Part shown: piece after piece, positions 1 to 10,258 of the stretch | How positions within the stretch are numbered: the first letter of the stretch is position 1 | How the letters are laid out: every line of letters starts with the position of its first letter | Origin: Picochlorum sp. SENEW3 | Taxonomy: Eukaryota | DNA length: 64,000 bases | Direction of reading: 5' to 3' | Assembly (NCBI GenBank): GCA_034226945.1 | Contig: CP120453.1 | Span: forward strand, 1,178,001 to 1,242,000 | Translations under genes and position numbers: made by a program | The notes under the pieces: model-generated | Databases searched by the model: none | What the model saw: the letters and a program-made list of their open reading frames with translations, nothing else | Told to the model about the DNA's origin: nothing

Positions 1-862
1 AGCTTGCTGCCTTTTGATCATTAATGAAGTGTTTGGTCAATCTGAGGCATCATCCATGGCACTAAAAATCCTCAAAAGTGCCCTTTCTGTATCACAGTAT
101 ACATTGTCTGCTGATTTATTGCGATTCTTGGCTCCCGATCAAGACATTGAAGCGCATCAGGAAACAACTAGGAAAAGCAATGTTCAAGCCAACTCTGATA
201 AAGGCCCAGGCTATCTTGGATGGCTGTGGCAATTGGTCGCCCCCACCGAGGCTCCTACTGGAAATAAAATGCCCATTGAAAATTCGACGGGCATCGATGA
301 CACAACTGAAGATATTGGGATGGAGAGGACATTGCACGAATCTTGGAAAATTTCCACAGATGATCCAAAATATCTCGATCCCCCTATAGATGCATGGAGG
401 ACTTTGGCAAGGCAGGCATGGAGACTCCTTGACTCTGGAAATATCAAAGAACTGGCTGTATTTGACAAGGCAATGAAGGGCTTATTTGGTGGACTGAGTG
501 CGCTCTTTAAGACGACAAAGTCCCTACACCCGACCTCTCTTGGTCACACAACTCCCTCATCATCCATGATTGCCTCGGCTCTTTTTGTTGTTAGCAACGA
601 GCTCGCCTCGGCACAGAACGAGCTAGAGCTCATTCCAGATTTACTGCAGTCACTTTTAGATTCAGGGAACATCAATTACGCAATTGCGCTGGCTATAGTT
701 GCGAATGAACATGCCGTGACCACCAAATTCTGTGCAGAGAACAAAAAGGTGTGGGAATCTCTTGCCACACTCATTGCCAATGATGTCCATCTTTGCGCAT
801 TCACAAGTGTTCTCCAATCAGCAGCTCTGCCTCATTCCCTTGCAAGGACATTCACAATCTAA
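1..862 (+). CDS. RIC1: RIC1-like (RAB6A-GEF complex partner), 3' part; 5' end outside window
   Basis: Frame open from the window edge. ACCLLIINEVFGQSEASSMALKILKSALSVSQYTLSADLLRFL resembles the end of the RIC1 domain (AACYILVI...ALRLLQATL...YELAGELVRFL). TGTAA at ~907. Confidence 0.65.
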   Translation, partial: ACCLLIINEVFGQSEASSMALKILKSALSVSQYTLSADLLRFLAPDQDIEAHQETTRKSNVQANSDKGPGYLGWLWQLVAPTEAPTGNKMPIENSTGIDDTTEDIGMERTLHESWKISTDDPKYLDPPIDAWRTLARQAWRLLDSGNIKELAVFDKAMKGLFGGLSALFKTTKSLHPTSLGHTTPSSSMIASALFVVSNELASAQNELELIPDLLQSLLDSGNINYAIALAIVANEHAVTTKFCAENKKVWESLATLIANDVHLCAFTSVLQSAALPHSLARTFTI

Positions 863-1218
863 AAGCAATACTTCAAATGTAGATAGATAGAGTGTCTTAC
901 ACAAAATGTAAAAATTGAGCGTTTTCTGAATAGCATGAAAATGTTTCAGCTCTTTCTCAGGGACAACAGATTATGCCAGGATGCTGACAACAATCCTGCA
1001 GATGTGAAAATTCCCTCGTTCCAGTTTTCTGATTTCTCCTTGCATCCATTTTGCTTTAACAAGTCCCCGATATCAAACATGGATCATTTCTTTCCTTCTT
1101 CAAAAATTTAAAACCATCTTGAAAATGTATGGCTTGACCAAGCATGTCCTCTGCTTGGTGCACAGATTGCATGCGTTTCTGTAAAGTAAAGCGTTGACAA
1201 ACAGATGCATTCGTAATT

Positions 1219-2856
1219 TTATACACGCGTTCCATCTGGTATTACTGCATGCTTCAATATGACCACGATTCCATCCTGTATCATGTATCCCTTCTCTGAG
1301 CAGTCAGCCTCTTGAACACCTCTCTCGTTGGTAATAACACTGTTATCACCAATATAGGCATTTTCGTCCACAATACATCCTTTGAGTGTAACGTTCTGGC
1401 CGACACCGAATATTGGCTCTCCATCCTTTTTGGCTTGTTGTCTCAAATCTTCATTCATCCACATCGGACTCCCCAGCACAAGCGTGTCTTCAACAACAGA
1501 ACCCTCGCCAATCAGGACACGTTCACCAATAATACTATTCCTCACATAGCAGTCAACCAGGACGCATCCGTCCCCAAGGATTGACTCATCAACGTGGACA
1601 GTTCCCTGGAGTCTGGCAGGAGGCAGCATCTTTCCTCTTGTAGAAACAGACCCATCAACCTCGAAAAACTTTATTGGCGCATCTTGTGATGTCAGAGCCA
1701 AATTTGCATCATAATAGTCTTTCAATGTCGAGACGTCCTGCCAGTAACCTTGGTGTTCATACGTGTAAACTCTCTGATTTTTTGCCAGTGCTGTAGGTAT
1801 GACATGGTGACCAACATGCGTCATATGCTCAGCTTTTGCAGGATCCAATAAATTGAACAACGCTTCTCTCTTGAACACATACACACCCATATTCACCAAA
1901 ATCTCACCATCTTTTTGCTCGTGAGCAGCCGATGCAAGTGACGCATCATCAGGCTTCTCATGGAACCCAGTGACACGCCCAAACTGATCTGCAGACAGCA
2001 CACCCTTTGAGCGTGCTTTATCTCCTCTCACATAATGACTGCAAATAGTGATATCAGCATTCTTCATACGATGAAATCCCACCACTTTCGACACATCCAT
2101 GTTGTACATTGCTGATCCCGACAAAATCACATAGTCACTTGCAGGAGCAACCCCTCTATTCTCATCTTCCAGAGAATCGAGGTTTCTCCTGATAGCATCA
2201 GCACTTCCTTTATACCATTCGCTTCCACCAATAGTTTGCTGGGCAGTCAACACGTCCACCCATCCACTGTTCCTACCACCAAGACCCATTGGAGGATATG
2301 AGGCAGCAATATGCGAATGCAACCCATGCGACTGAAACTGAGTCAGAATATACACCTTATTAATCCCTGACTTTAAGCAGTTATTGATGGGAACATCAAT
2401 CAACGACATGCAGGACCCAATGGGCACTGCAGGCATGGCCCTGTTCTTTGTCAAGGGGTTGTTGGTCTCACCCCCAGCCAGAACAACTGCACGCGTCGAT
2501 CTCGCCATATCCCCATGCTCAACCCCATACAAATATGCATCCTGTTTGTTCTCACGCTCGAGCATATCAGCGAGGAGCTCCTCCTGCTCACTCAACAGTC
2601 CCACAGCATCTTCCCGAACAACATCATCAGTAATCACTGCATGTCCATTCAAATTGCTCGTCGTACTCTTGTGCGAATACGACCTTTTAGAACCCTTCTT
2701 GCTCGTTATTCTTAGGGCACTCTTAGCGGTGCCATCATCTGAAAAAGGTTGACCACCAACATGACACACAGTTGTTGTCCTCCTCTTGCCTACTTGTACG
2801 GACCAAGGGATGCTCCCCTGCCCGTGCGATACCCCTTTTGTTGCCAAACCAAGCAT
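1219..2856 (-). CDS. ADP-glucose pyrophosphorylase subunit-like protein, plastid-targeted, divergent and probably non-catalytic
   Basis: VVLAGG..PLTKNRAMPAVPIG, LIDVPINNC, WYKGSADAIR, FHEKP, MGVYVF, YWQDV, C-terminal beta-helix and GIVVILKHAVIPDG. First ATG at 2856, followed by a transit-peptide-like N-terminus. Confidence 0.9.
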   Translation of the reverse strand: MLGLATKGVSHGQGSIPWSVQVGKRRTTTVCHVGGQPFSDDGTAKSALRITSKKGSKRSYSHKSTTSNLNGHAVITDDVVREDAVGLLSEQEELLADMLERENKQDAYLYGVEHGDMARSTRAVVLAGGETNNPLTKNRAMPAVPIGSCMSLIDVPINNCLKSGINKVYILTQFQSHGLHSHIAASYPPMGLGGRNSGWVDVLTAQQTIGGSEWYKGSADAIRRNLDSLEDENRGVAPASDYVILSGSAMYNMDVSKVVGFHRMKNADITICSHYVRGDKARSKGVLSADQFGRVTGFHEKPDDASLASAAHEQKDGEILVNMGVYVFKREALFNLLDPAKAEHMTHVGHHVIPTALAKNQRVYTYEHQGYWQDVSTLKDYYDANLALTSQDAPIKFFEVDGSVSTRGKMLPPARLQGTVHVDESILGDGCVLVDCYVRNSIIGERVLIGEGSVVEDTLVLGSPMWMNEDLRQQAKKDGEPIFGVGQNVTLKGCIVDENAYIGDNSVITNERGVQEADCSEKGYMIQDGIVVILKHAVIPDGTRV

Positions 2857-3366
2857 TGTACTCTTACTGTGTATGAGAAATCGCAATCCAACGACACCGA
2901 AAATGAAAAATTGTGCTGTGAGTCGTGTCGTCAAAATGAAAACGCTGATGTGAAAATTGCGCTAAATCCTATATTCTCCACCTCGTTGTGAAATGAAAGT
3001 TTCTGAAAATACTCTTGGGGACAGAGTTTTCCCCAGGAACGATGAAAAATGGTGTCCAGACCGAGACAGTCACAGGCGATCAACCAATGACTCGAAAACT
3101 CTCGTGACTGCACGATAGTCCCAACAGGCTCAAATATCACCGCAGTATTACAATAATGAAATGATACAAACCCCAACGATGCAGGCCAAGGGGCTACTAA
3201 CGCAAACGCGATGCCGAATGCAGATGATGCAGTAGATACGAATTGGATCGTATCTAATCACATGGACAGTAGCGTCCCATCAAGCAACGCAGTGGATGGT
3301 GTACAAGAAGGATAGAAGCGTGCGATTTTTAATTTTTAAATATCTAAACTTTAGACCATGAATACT

Positions 3367-3867
3367 CTACTCATCAGCAATGACAATGTCACCGGAATCA
3401 ATCTGCTCCTGAATCTCTCTAGGGTCTTGGTTCTCAACGGTGCAGCCTACAGAGACGCACGTGCCTAAGATTTCCTTGCAGGTTCCAGAGAAGGTGGCCG
3501 CGCATGATCTGTCTCTCATGATGCGGGCAATTTCCTTCACATCTTCGAGAGAAATATTACCATCGTGAGGAACGTTAGGATTCTTTTTTCTGTCTCTTGG
3601 TGGCTCCTTGAGGGCACGGATAACCAAAGATCCTGCTGATGGGACAACAGACACCTTGGCCTGTCTGTTCTGCACAGTCAATTTGACTGTGACACGGAGA
3701 CCCTTCCACTCCTTGGCAGTCTGCTTGGCAATGTCTTCTCCAATCTTCTTTGGAGAGAGACCCAATGGACCAATCTTTGGAGCTAAAGAGGATGCGGCAC
3801 CGACCTCTCCTCCGGTGGCACGCACAAATACCTCGAGAACCTCGTTTGGGTCAAACTTTGGAGGCAT
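3367..3867 (-). CDS. RPL12: 60S ribosomal protein L12 (uL11)
   Basis: [10 protein letters not shown]...[30 protein letters not shown]...[14 protein letters not shown]; 166 aa. Confidence 0.98.
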   Translation of the reverse strand: MPPKFDPNEVLEVFVRATGGEVGAASSLAPKIGPLGLSPKKIGEDIAKQTAKEWKGLRVTVKLTVQNRQAKVSVVPSAGSLVIRALKEPPRDRKKNPNVPHDGNISLEDVKEIARIMRDRSCAATFSGTCKEILGTCVSVGCTVENQDPREIQEQIDSGDIVIADE

Positions 3868-3890
3868 CTTTCAGCTGAATTTATAAATAC

Positions 3891-4674
3891 CTGAAGATAA
3901 AAAAACTAACAGAGTCAGCATTATCGATGTATAATCACTCTGTGTCAATGTGTTGAAAAGTTGGCGACGCCATGGCACGCTGGTCTCGTGTTCTGGCTTT
4001 GTATGGGCCACGATCCTTCTCATCTTTCTCATATCTATTTTCAATGCAATTTTTCATGCCATGCATTCAGCATCGGTATAAAAATCACGAGTCTGCGTCG
4101 GCTGGTTCATGGCCTGCCGCCAACAGGGCTCCTCATTCTTCTTCGACACGTATGGCATCGCCAAGAGACGAGGATGCTTATGATACAATGCGTTTTCACC
4201 TGTTAAACAGTACCCATTCAGCGTATATGCCTCCCTGTGGATGCTCAGGAGGTACGCGAAAGACAAGAACGCCGCCCGAGAGTGAAGCCGTCTGAACACA
4301 ATCCTGCTGCCACGAGTGTGCCATTAGTATGCAGATTCGACGTACCTTTACTATGTAGTAATTGAAATACAATTCACTGATTGGCAGTAGGGCTACAGAG
4401 GCTTCATATAGTGTAGAATCCGTCGAAGGAATGTGTCTCATGCTGGTCCTATCAGAAGACGAGTTTGATGGGGGAGAGATGTCGTTCCCATCTTGAAGAG
4501 GTTAGCCCATCAACCAGTTGTCTGGACGGGTGATTCAAAGTATTGCCCGTGAAAGACCATAACAACACTGTGTCACAGCGCTGTTCTCTGTGTTATTTGC
4601 TTTTCACGTTTGTTATTGTGTCAATATCGTCTTTTATGTCTGTTGATGTGCGCGTGAGGCGTATTTGGTCATAC
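3891..4674 (-). other. Probable long 5'-UTR intron(s) of RPL12 containing structured RNA
   Basis: Minus-strand acceptor GCTGAC..TTTTTTTATCTTCAG| at 3891, 23 nt before the ATG. Best donors are AAG|GTACGT (4345) and AAG|GTATGA (4674). Several hairpins lie inside. Confidence 0.55.
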
Positions 4675-4812
4675 CTTTTTGTTTTGAAAGGCTCTTGAGT
4701 GAAAAAACGGCAGGGTATTTTCCGTCCTTTTCGTCGGTTCAGACTGTTTTTGGTGACACGAGGTGCCATTTTAATTTTTTTTGAAAGAATAGACACGTGC
4801 CTGTGAGCCAAT

Positions 4813-5523
4813 ATGAGCCCAGGCCCGAGCCAGAGTTCTGGCAAAGGGGCAGAGAATGTCTCCAAAGGGGCTTTGACGAGCAATGAAGTCAACTTTTTAG
4901 TATACAGATACTTGCTGGAGTCGGGATTTGGTCATGCAGCATTTGTGTTTGGATGTGAGAGTGATGTGGATAGAATCGATATAGATGGCAAGGATGTGCC
5001 AGTGGGGGCTTTGGTGAGTTTTGTGCAAAAGGGATTTCAGATGATGGAGTTGGAGGCGAATTTGAATGCTAGCGGGAATGATGTGTACGGTAAATATGTA
5101 CAGTTTACTGCGGATGATATACTGACGAAAGACTTGTCTGAACTGAGGGAAATTGCAAAAGAGATTCAGGATGAGGAGGAAGAATGCGAAGATGAGGAAG
5201 AGGACACCAAAGGTGTCGCGTCGCGAGCTGTGCTGCCTCGGTTGGATGTCGATGAAGCAGATGCAAACAAATCCAAGGTAGAGGAAGCTCCAGTTGTGAA
5301 GGAGGAAGAACCTGGCAGGCCAGCATCCTTGCATCATGATGCCATGGATGTTGATCAATCGCCAGAAAAGAATGAAGAACAAGGCGATGGCATCAACCCA
5401 GTAGATTCTGAGAAAAGTAAAGTAGTCGAGGTAGATCATGGGGCAGAAATGGCAGCTCCTGACGCGGATGGTTTGCAACCTGATGCAGGAGGGGTTCAGA
5501 GCACTGGTTCATTACAGCAATAG
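4813..5523 (+). CDS. LisH-domain protein, TBL1/HOS15/SIF2 N-terminal type, with acidic tail and no WD40
   Basis: LTSNEVNFLVYRYLLESGFGHAAFVFGCES...VPVGALVSFVQKGFQMMELEANL matches the TBL1-family LisH/oligomerisation region. Confidence 0.85.
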   Translation: MSPGPSQSSGKGAENVSKGALTSNEVNFLVYRYLLESGFGHAAFVFGCESDVDRIDIDGKDVPVGALVSFVQKGFQMMELEANLNASGNDVYGKYVQFTADDILTKDLSELREIAKEIQDEEEECEDEEEDTKGVASRAVLPRLDVDEADANKSKVEEAPVVKEEEPGRPASLHHDAMDVDQSPEKNEEQGDGINPVDSEKSKVVEVDHGAEMAAPDADGLQPDAGGVQSTGSLQQ

Positions 5524-5610
5524 AAAATAATTCATTGACTTGCGTGTGAAAATTTGACTTGACGTATATAATGTAAGAATTGTCTTTTTTTAATCTATAC
5601 ATTCATGGTT

Positions 5611-7065
5611 TTAAACAGTACTAAAGAGTGCATTCGTGAAGGTTTCTGTATCAATAAAGTGGTCCATCACCATGCTGCTTGATAACCTGGTATTGCGTAA
5701 TATTGGGCTGGTGCCATCAATTACGAGGGGGGTCCCGCCGGGGGAGAGGTACACAACGCGTCCAGGAACGACAGGGTCGTAGTCACCGACATTTTGTTGC
5801 TTTTGGACTGGCTTTTGCACGTCTTCTGATGCAGTGTGGTCATCAGGTGCCTGCACCAAGCTTGTGAACATTCTAAGCAGCACAGGCATGTTTTCGTCCT
5901 CCTTCGTTTCTAATCTCCAGTCGAAGTCGGATAAATCCTTCAAAAGATTCAAAAATGGCGTCACAGCGAGCCTAGGGACGATGTCATCGTTGTGGACCAG
6001 AGACAGAGTTACTGAGCTAAGTTTCTTTGCAAGATTCTCTGCCATACAGGCAGGAGGCTCGTATGCGTAGCATCGCAATCTTGACGAGTCAATACCTTCA
6101 TCCATAAGCTTTAAACAAAGCAGGGCTGCCACACCTGCGCCGAGACTATGCCCGAGTAAAACTATAGAGTTGTGTGCCGAGTCTGACACAAAATTCTGGA
6201 AAAGGGTACTGAACCGTTTGGCACAGTATTCTGAAGCTCGAAGCATCCCCGTATGAGCAGTACCTTCCTCTCCAAAAGATGCTCCATTCGCAAAAAGATC
6301 AGTAAATACATCCTCGGCTGAGAACGTACCACGAATGCATAGCATGAGTTCCCTGTCAGCGTTATTTGCTGCCAGAAAGAAGGCAGGCGAGCCGCTTGGC
6401 ATCAGCTCGGGCTTGTACTTTGCCCCGATCAAGGAATATCCTTTATCTTCAAGAGCTTTCGAAAGAGCATCATCATTCGTATAATCATATGCAAAACATG
6501 CAAAATCCCTATATTGCTGCAATGCTGCTACATCCTCCTTGCTTGCTTCTTGCATTTCCTTGGCTGCCAGAGGAGCACGGTTCAACTTTTCTTCCTTTTT
6601 GTAATAATAATACAATCTGGGAGCCATTTCCATCGCAGCAAATTCTGGCCGCGAGAGATACTCCTCCACCTCTGGATATGCAGCTCTCAAACTCCTCATA
6701 GTCAGCACCAATTCTTTTAAAATTGTCCAGGTATTTGATGACAGGGCATCATCTCCTGGAGGATTCCAGTCCCAAATAGACTCGAGCACATCATTGTCTA
6801 CACTTGGTTGCTTTTTACTGCAGCGAATCGATAGATACGCGACGTGCAATGCCCTGGCAGCTATCACAAGAAGAGTACTGCTTACAGCAACGTTCCTTGC
6901 TCTTGCCGGACTCTGGATCGAAAAGGCAATGATCTCGGATCCTATGACAGTTGAAAGGCCATACGGAGATAGTAAGAACGCAAACCCTTCGATTCCAGCA
7001 TAGACGACTCCAGCGATAAGGTGGGTTGCCTTGCGAGTCAAAGACCGAACGAAGGAACCCAGCAT
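5611..7065 (-). CDS. Class 3 lipase (diacylglycerol lipase-like alpha/beta hydrolase)
   Basis: IRGTFSAEDVFTD, AHTGM, LGHSLGAG nucleophile elbow, VHNDDIVPR, MVMDH; hydrophobic N-terminal segments. Confidence 0.9.
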   Translation of the reverse strand: MLGSFVRSLTRKATHLIAGVVYAGIEGFAFLLSPYGLSTVIGSEIIAFSIQSPARARNVAVSSTLLVIAARALHVAYLSIRCSKKQPSVDNDVLESIWDWNPPGDDALSSNTWTILKELVLTMRSLRAAYPEVEEYLSRPEFAAMEMAPRLYYYYKKEEKLNRAPLAAKEMQEASKEDVAALQQYRDFACFAYDYTNDDALSKALEDKGYSLIGAKYKPELMPSGSPAFFLAANNADRELMLCIRGTFSAEDVFTDLFANGASFGEEGTAHTGMLRASEYCAKRFSTLFQNFVSDSAHNSIVLLGHSLGAGVAALLCLKLMDEGIDSSRLRCYAYEPPACMAENLAKKLSSVTLSLVHNDDIVPRLAVTPFLNLLKDLSDFDWRLETKEDENMPVLLRMFTSLVQAPDDHTASEDVQKPVQKQQNVGDYDPVVPGRVVYLSPGGTPLVIDGTSPILRNTRLSSSMVMDHFIDTETFTNALFSTV

Positions 7066-7270
7066 AGCTTGGGCGTATTTCCTTCTTTTATAGGTCTATA
7101 TCTCTCATATATCAGATATAATTAAATGCAATGCTTACATCAAACGGGATGTGCACAATATCATAGGTTTTGGATGCTGCTGACTGGGAAATGCCATGTT
7201 GTTCTTGTGCTTCTTGGGAGTCTTACCAGTAGTATTCACTCATGAGAGATAGATGTGCGCCACGCTCCAT

Positions 7271-8982
7271 CTAAGTCATTTCAATAAGAGCAGCAAGTGC
7301 CCCAGTGAATGCTGCGTTATAGTCGACAGCAACCTCGTTTGTGATGTAGTCATCTCTCTCATCATTGTATGTGTCATCACCTGGTCCTGAAGGCCCCCCC
7401 ACGAGTGCTCCATAAAGAATTTGGGGGTTGGGTTTCTTCGATTGAAAATCTGACCAGTTGCAGGTGGCCGGCTCATCAGGACATGAGGCTCCTGCATGGT
7501 GGGGATACTTTGGATAGTTCTTTCCAAAGCCGACAACAAAACTTCTGCCAGAACTACCCATGGCATAATCCACTTGCGATCGAGACCATCTAATTGCTTT
7601 TCGTGCTAGAGAATTTGATGATGAATGTTTAACGTATGAAAGTGCGAGGAATGCGGATGCTGTCGACAATTGAAGGTTGCCCCAGGAAGACCATGATGGG
7701 TGAGAGAGCCCCTTGGGGGTTTCTATAATTTCACCCTTGCCTGCATGCCCAAAGCGAATGATAATTTCATAAACTATGTGCGTCGTCGATATATTATATC
7801 GTGATTGATGCATACATCAAAATAGCATACCTTTGATCCAAGAATCGAGAAATTTATTCTCCACGAAATTCTCAATTCTTTTGAAACTCTTCACTGGAGC
7901 TCCTTGCTGATGCAATTGGTACAATAAGACTGCAGTCATGGCCCCACTGCTATCCCAACTCGCCGACAGTCCCCAGTACTTTTTCTTCCAGTACTTGACA
8001 GAATCCTTCAAGTACGATTTCCGGTTTGTTACTTTATAGAGCCATGCTGCTGCCCAAGCCATGTCGTCCTCCCATCCACTGCTGGAGTAGATTTTGGTAG
8101 CAGATTTATAGTGAGAGCTGTATTTGCCTGGGCTTGTCTCCGCCAAGTCATACAGATCCTTGGCGTGCTGAACAAGGGATTTTGAAAAGGATTTATCGTC
8201 TTCGAACACCTCGGATGCGGCGGACAATGCAGCAGAAACCTTGGCGAAGAGGTCTGCAGCCTTCATCCCCTTCTTCCAGACAAACTTTGGTCGAGAAGTC
8301 TTTTGCTCGTGTGCTCTTCCCCAATAGGAATGATCAATTCCTACATCATAACAGACGTTCGTATGTGAGTGGAAATATTTCAATATACGTGTTAACGACA
8401 AGACCAAAAAAACCGACCTGGATGACCAATTTGACCAATGTACTCATTGGTCGACACGTGGCAATCCATCAAGTACGTCACTGCGTGTCGTAGCGCTTCT
8501 TTTGATGAACAGTACACTCCACTATCGACATATCCTTTTTTAAATTCAGTCATTCCCCAGGAAATCATTGCCACTGAGTAAGCAAGGGGAAAGTTGAGTT
8601 TTAGGTAATCACCAGCATCATACCATCCTCCTGGAACAGGATCATCTTCGTGGGAACTTTTCCTCCACGAAACCGAGTAGTCCTCGGGTATCTTTCCACT
8701 TCTTTGAGCTTTTAAAAACTCCCAAGAGAGTTTGAGGACCTTTTTGTAGTCTTTTCGCCGAAAGCCGCTCGAGTATACACTGACGTTTTGCTGCCCACAT
8801 AGTGGGCCTTCTCCATCACCCTGTATCTCCGTTGAGAAATAATCCTCAGCATCAACCGGTGCTACGGATTGATCAATCACACTAGTTTCAGGCTGAGAAG
8901 TGACCAGGCCAACCCAGAAAAAAATGACGAGAATCAAACTCAACATCGACCTCATTGTAGAATGGCTTGCTGGTTGATACAT
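7271..8982 (-). CDS. Glycoside hydrolase family 9 endo-1,4-beta-glucanase, secreted; exons ~8982-8418, 8340-7831, 7740-7271
   Basis: Signal peptide (MRSMLSLILVIFFWVGLVTS); GGWYDAGD, DHSYWGR, EDDMAWAAAWLY, PHHAGAS, GALVGGP, YNDERDDYITNEVAVDYNA. GT-AG introns 8417-8341 and 7830-7741 restore frame. Start could be 8955. Confidence 0.93.
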
Positions 8983-9506
8983 CACTCCCAAACGTCTTTA
9001 TATGCGTCGTCCAACTCAAAAACAACCTGCGAACATCATATATAGATGGGAATCAATATCATCTCCAAAAGGCATTGTGTCATATTTGGTCTTCTGATGC
9101 TGAGAAACCTCAGACCATGAGATGAGACAGGACATGCCCTGACAACAAGCTGGAAACGTACTGCTCCACATACATTCAAATTGAGACTCATTCACCGGTA
9201 TGAAAGCAAACACATGTGTATTAAAAACAATCAGATGAAGCGGCACTGGCCAGTATGATCCCTATGGCATCGTCAAACCCACTTTTGACCATTTGTTCAT
9301 GACCTCTCAGCCAGCTGTCAGCATCCAGTCTTGACTGCATGAGATGCTGACGCGCTTCATTCATTCCAGATACCCTTGCATGGATGTAAAACCAGATATC
9401 TATGCTATATATGCAAAGAAAAAAATTCATTTTTAATTTCAAGACGATTCTGAGAGAGCTTAGCAACTTTTGGTGTTGTAGAGTTTAGTCCATTTCCTGT
9501 TGCACG

Positions 9507-10256
9507 ATGTTTTTGAGTCAGTTGTCCCGCAGAGTTGTCGGGTTGCGTAAACCGTTAGCCAATGGAGATTATATACATAGAAGGTGCTTTTCAAGTCTTG
9601 TTCCAATGGTGATCGAGTCTACATCGCGAGGAGAGAGAGGCATGGACATTTACTCTCGGCTTTTGAGAGAGCGTATTGTTTGCGTGAATGGGCCTATTGA
9701 TGACCATATGAGTAATCTAATTGTTGCTCAGTTGCTTTTTTTGGAGTCTGAGAATCCAGAAAAGCCGGTTCGTCGCTTGTATGTGTGGTTCTGTGTGCCT
9801 GGACAGACTGTGTAACCGTGGGAGTGTTTCATTCTGCAGATTAGCATGTATATCAACAGTCCCGGGGGTGTGGTGACTGCAGGTCTGGCAATATATGACA
9901 CGATGCAGTATATCAAATGCCCTGTATCGACGCTGGCTGTGGGGCAGGCTGCCTCAATGGCATCGTTACTGTTGGCATCTGGGGAGGAAGGTCATAGGAG
10001 GTCGCTACCAAACAGCCGCATCATGCTTCATCAGCCCTCAGGAGGTGCTTCTGGGCAGGCTTCAGATATTGAGATCCATGCGAAGGAGATTTTAAAGATG
10101 CGTGATCGCTTGAACCACCTGTACTATGAGCATACAAAGCAACCAATAGAAAAGATTTCCATGGCATTGGAAAGAGATTATTTCATGGATGCTGGGGAAG
10201 CCAAAGATTTTGGGTTGATTGACCAGGTGATCACAGACCGTAAGAAACATAAATAA
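9507..10256 (+). CDS. CLPP: ATP-dependent Clp protease proteolytic subunit, mitochondrial type; intron 9768-9839
   Basis: [40 protein letters not shown]; presequence-like N-terminus. Confidence 0.95.
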
Positions 10257-10258
10257 AT

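Noticed and set aside
3961..4441. Short ORFs on both strands upstream of RPL12
   Set aside because: No recognisable motifs, mutually overlapping, and inside the inferred intron.
4215..4560. Hairpin + GAAA resembling a hammerhead ribozyme; also considered TPP riboswitch, U3, U14, snR30/U17, RNase P/MRP and telomerase RNA
   Set aside because: No CUGANGA core, TPP junctions, U3/U14 boxes, paired m1/m2 motifs, P4 helix or telomeric template could be found.
4897..5478. Long antisense ORFs here and over Hsp20, YL1, TyrRS and the ankyrin genes
   Set aside because: Typical antisense shadows of real CDSs with no motifs of their own.
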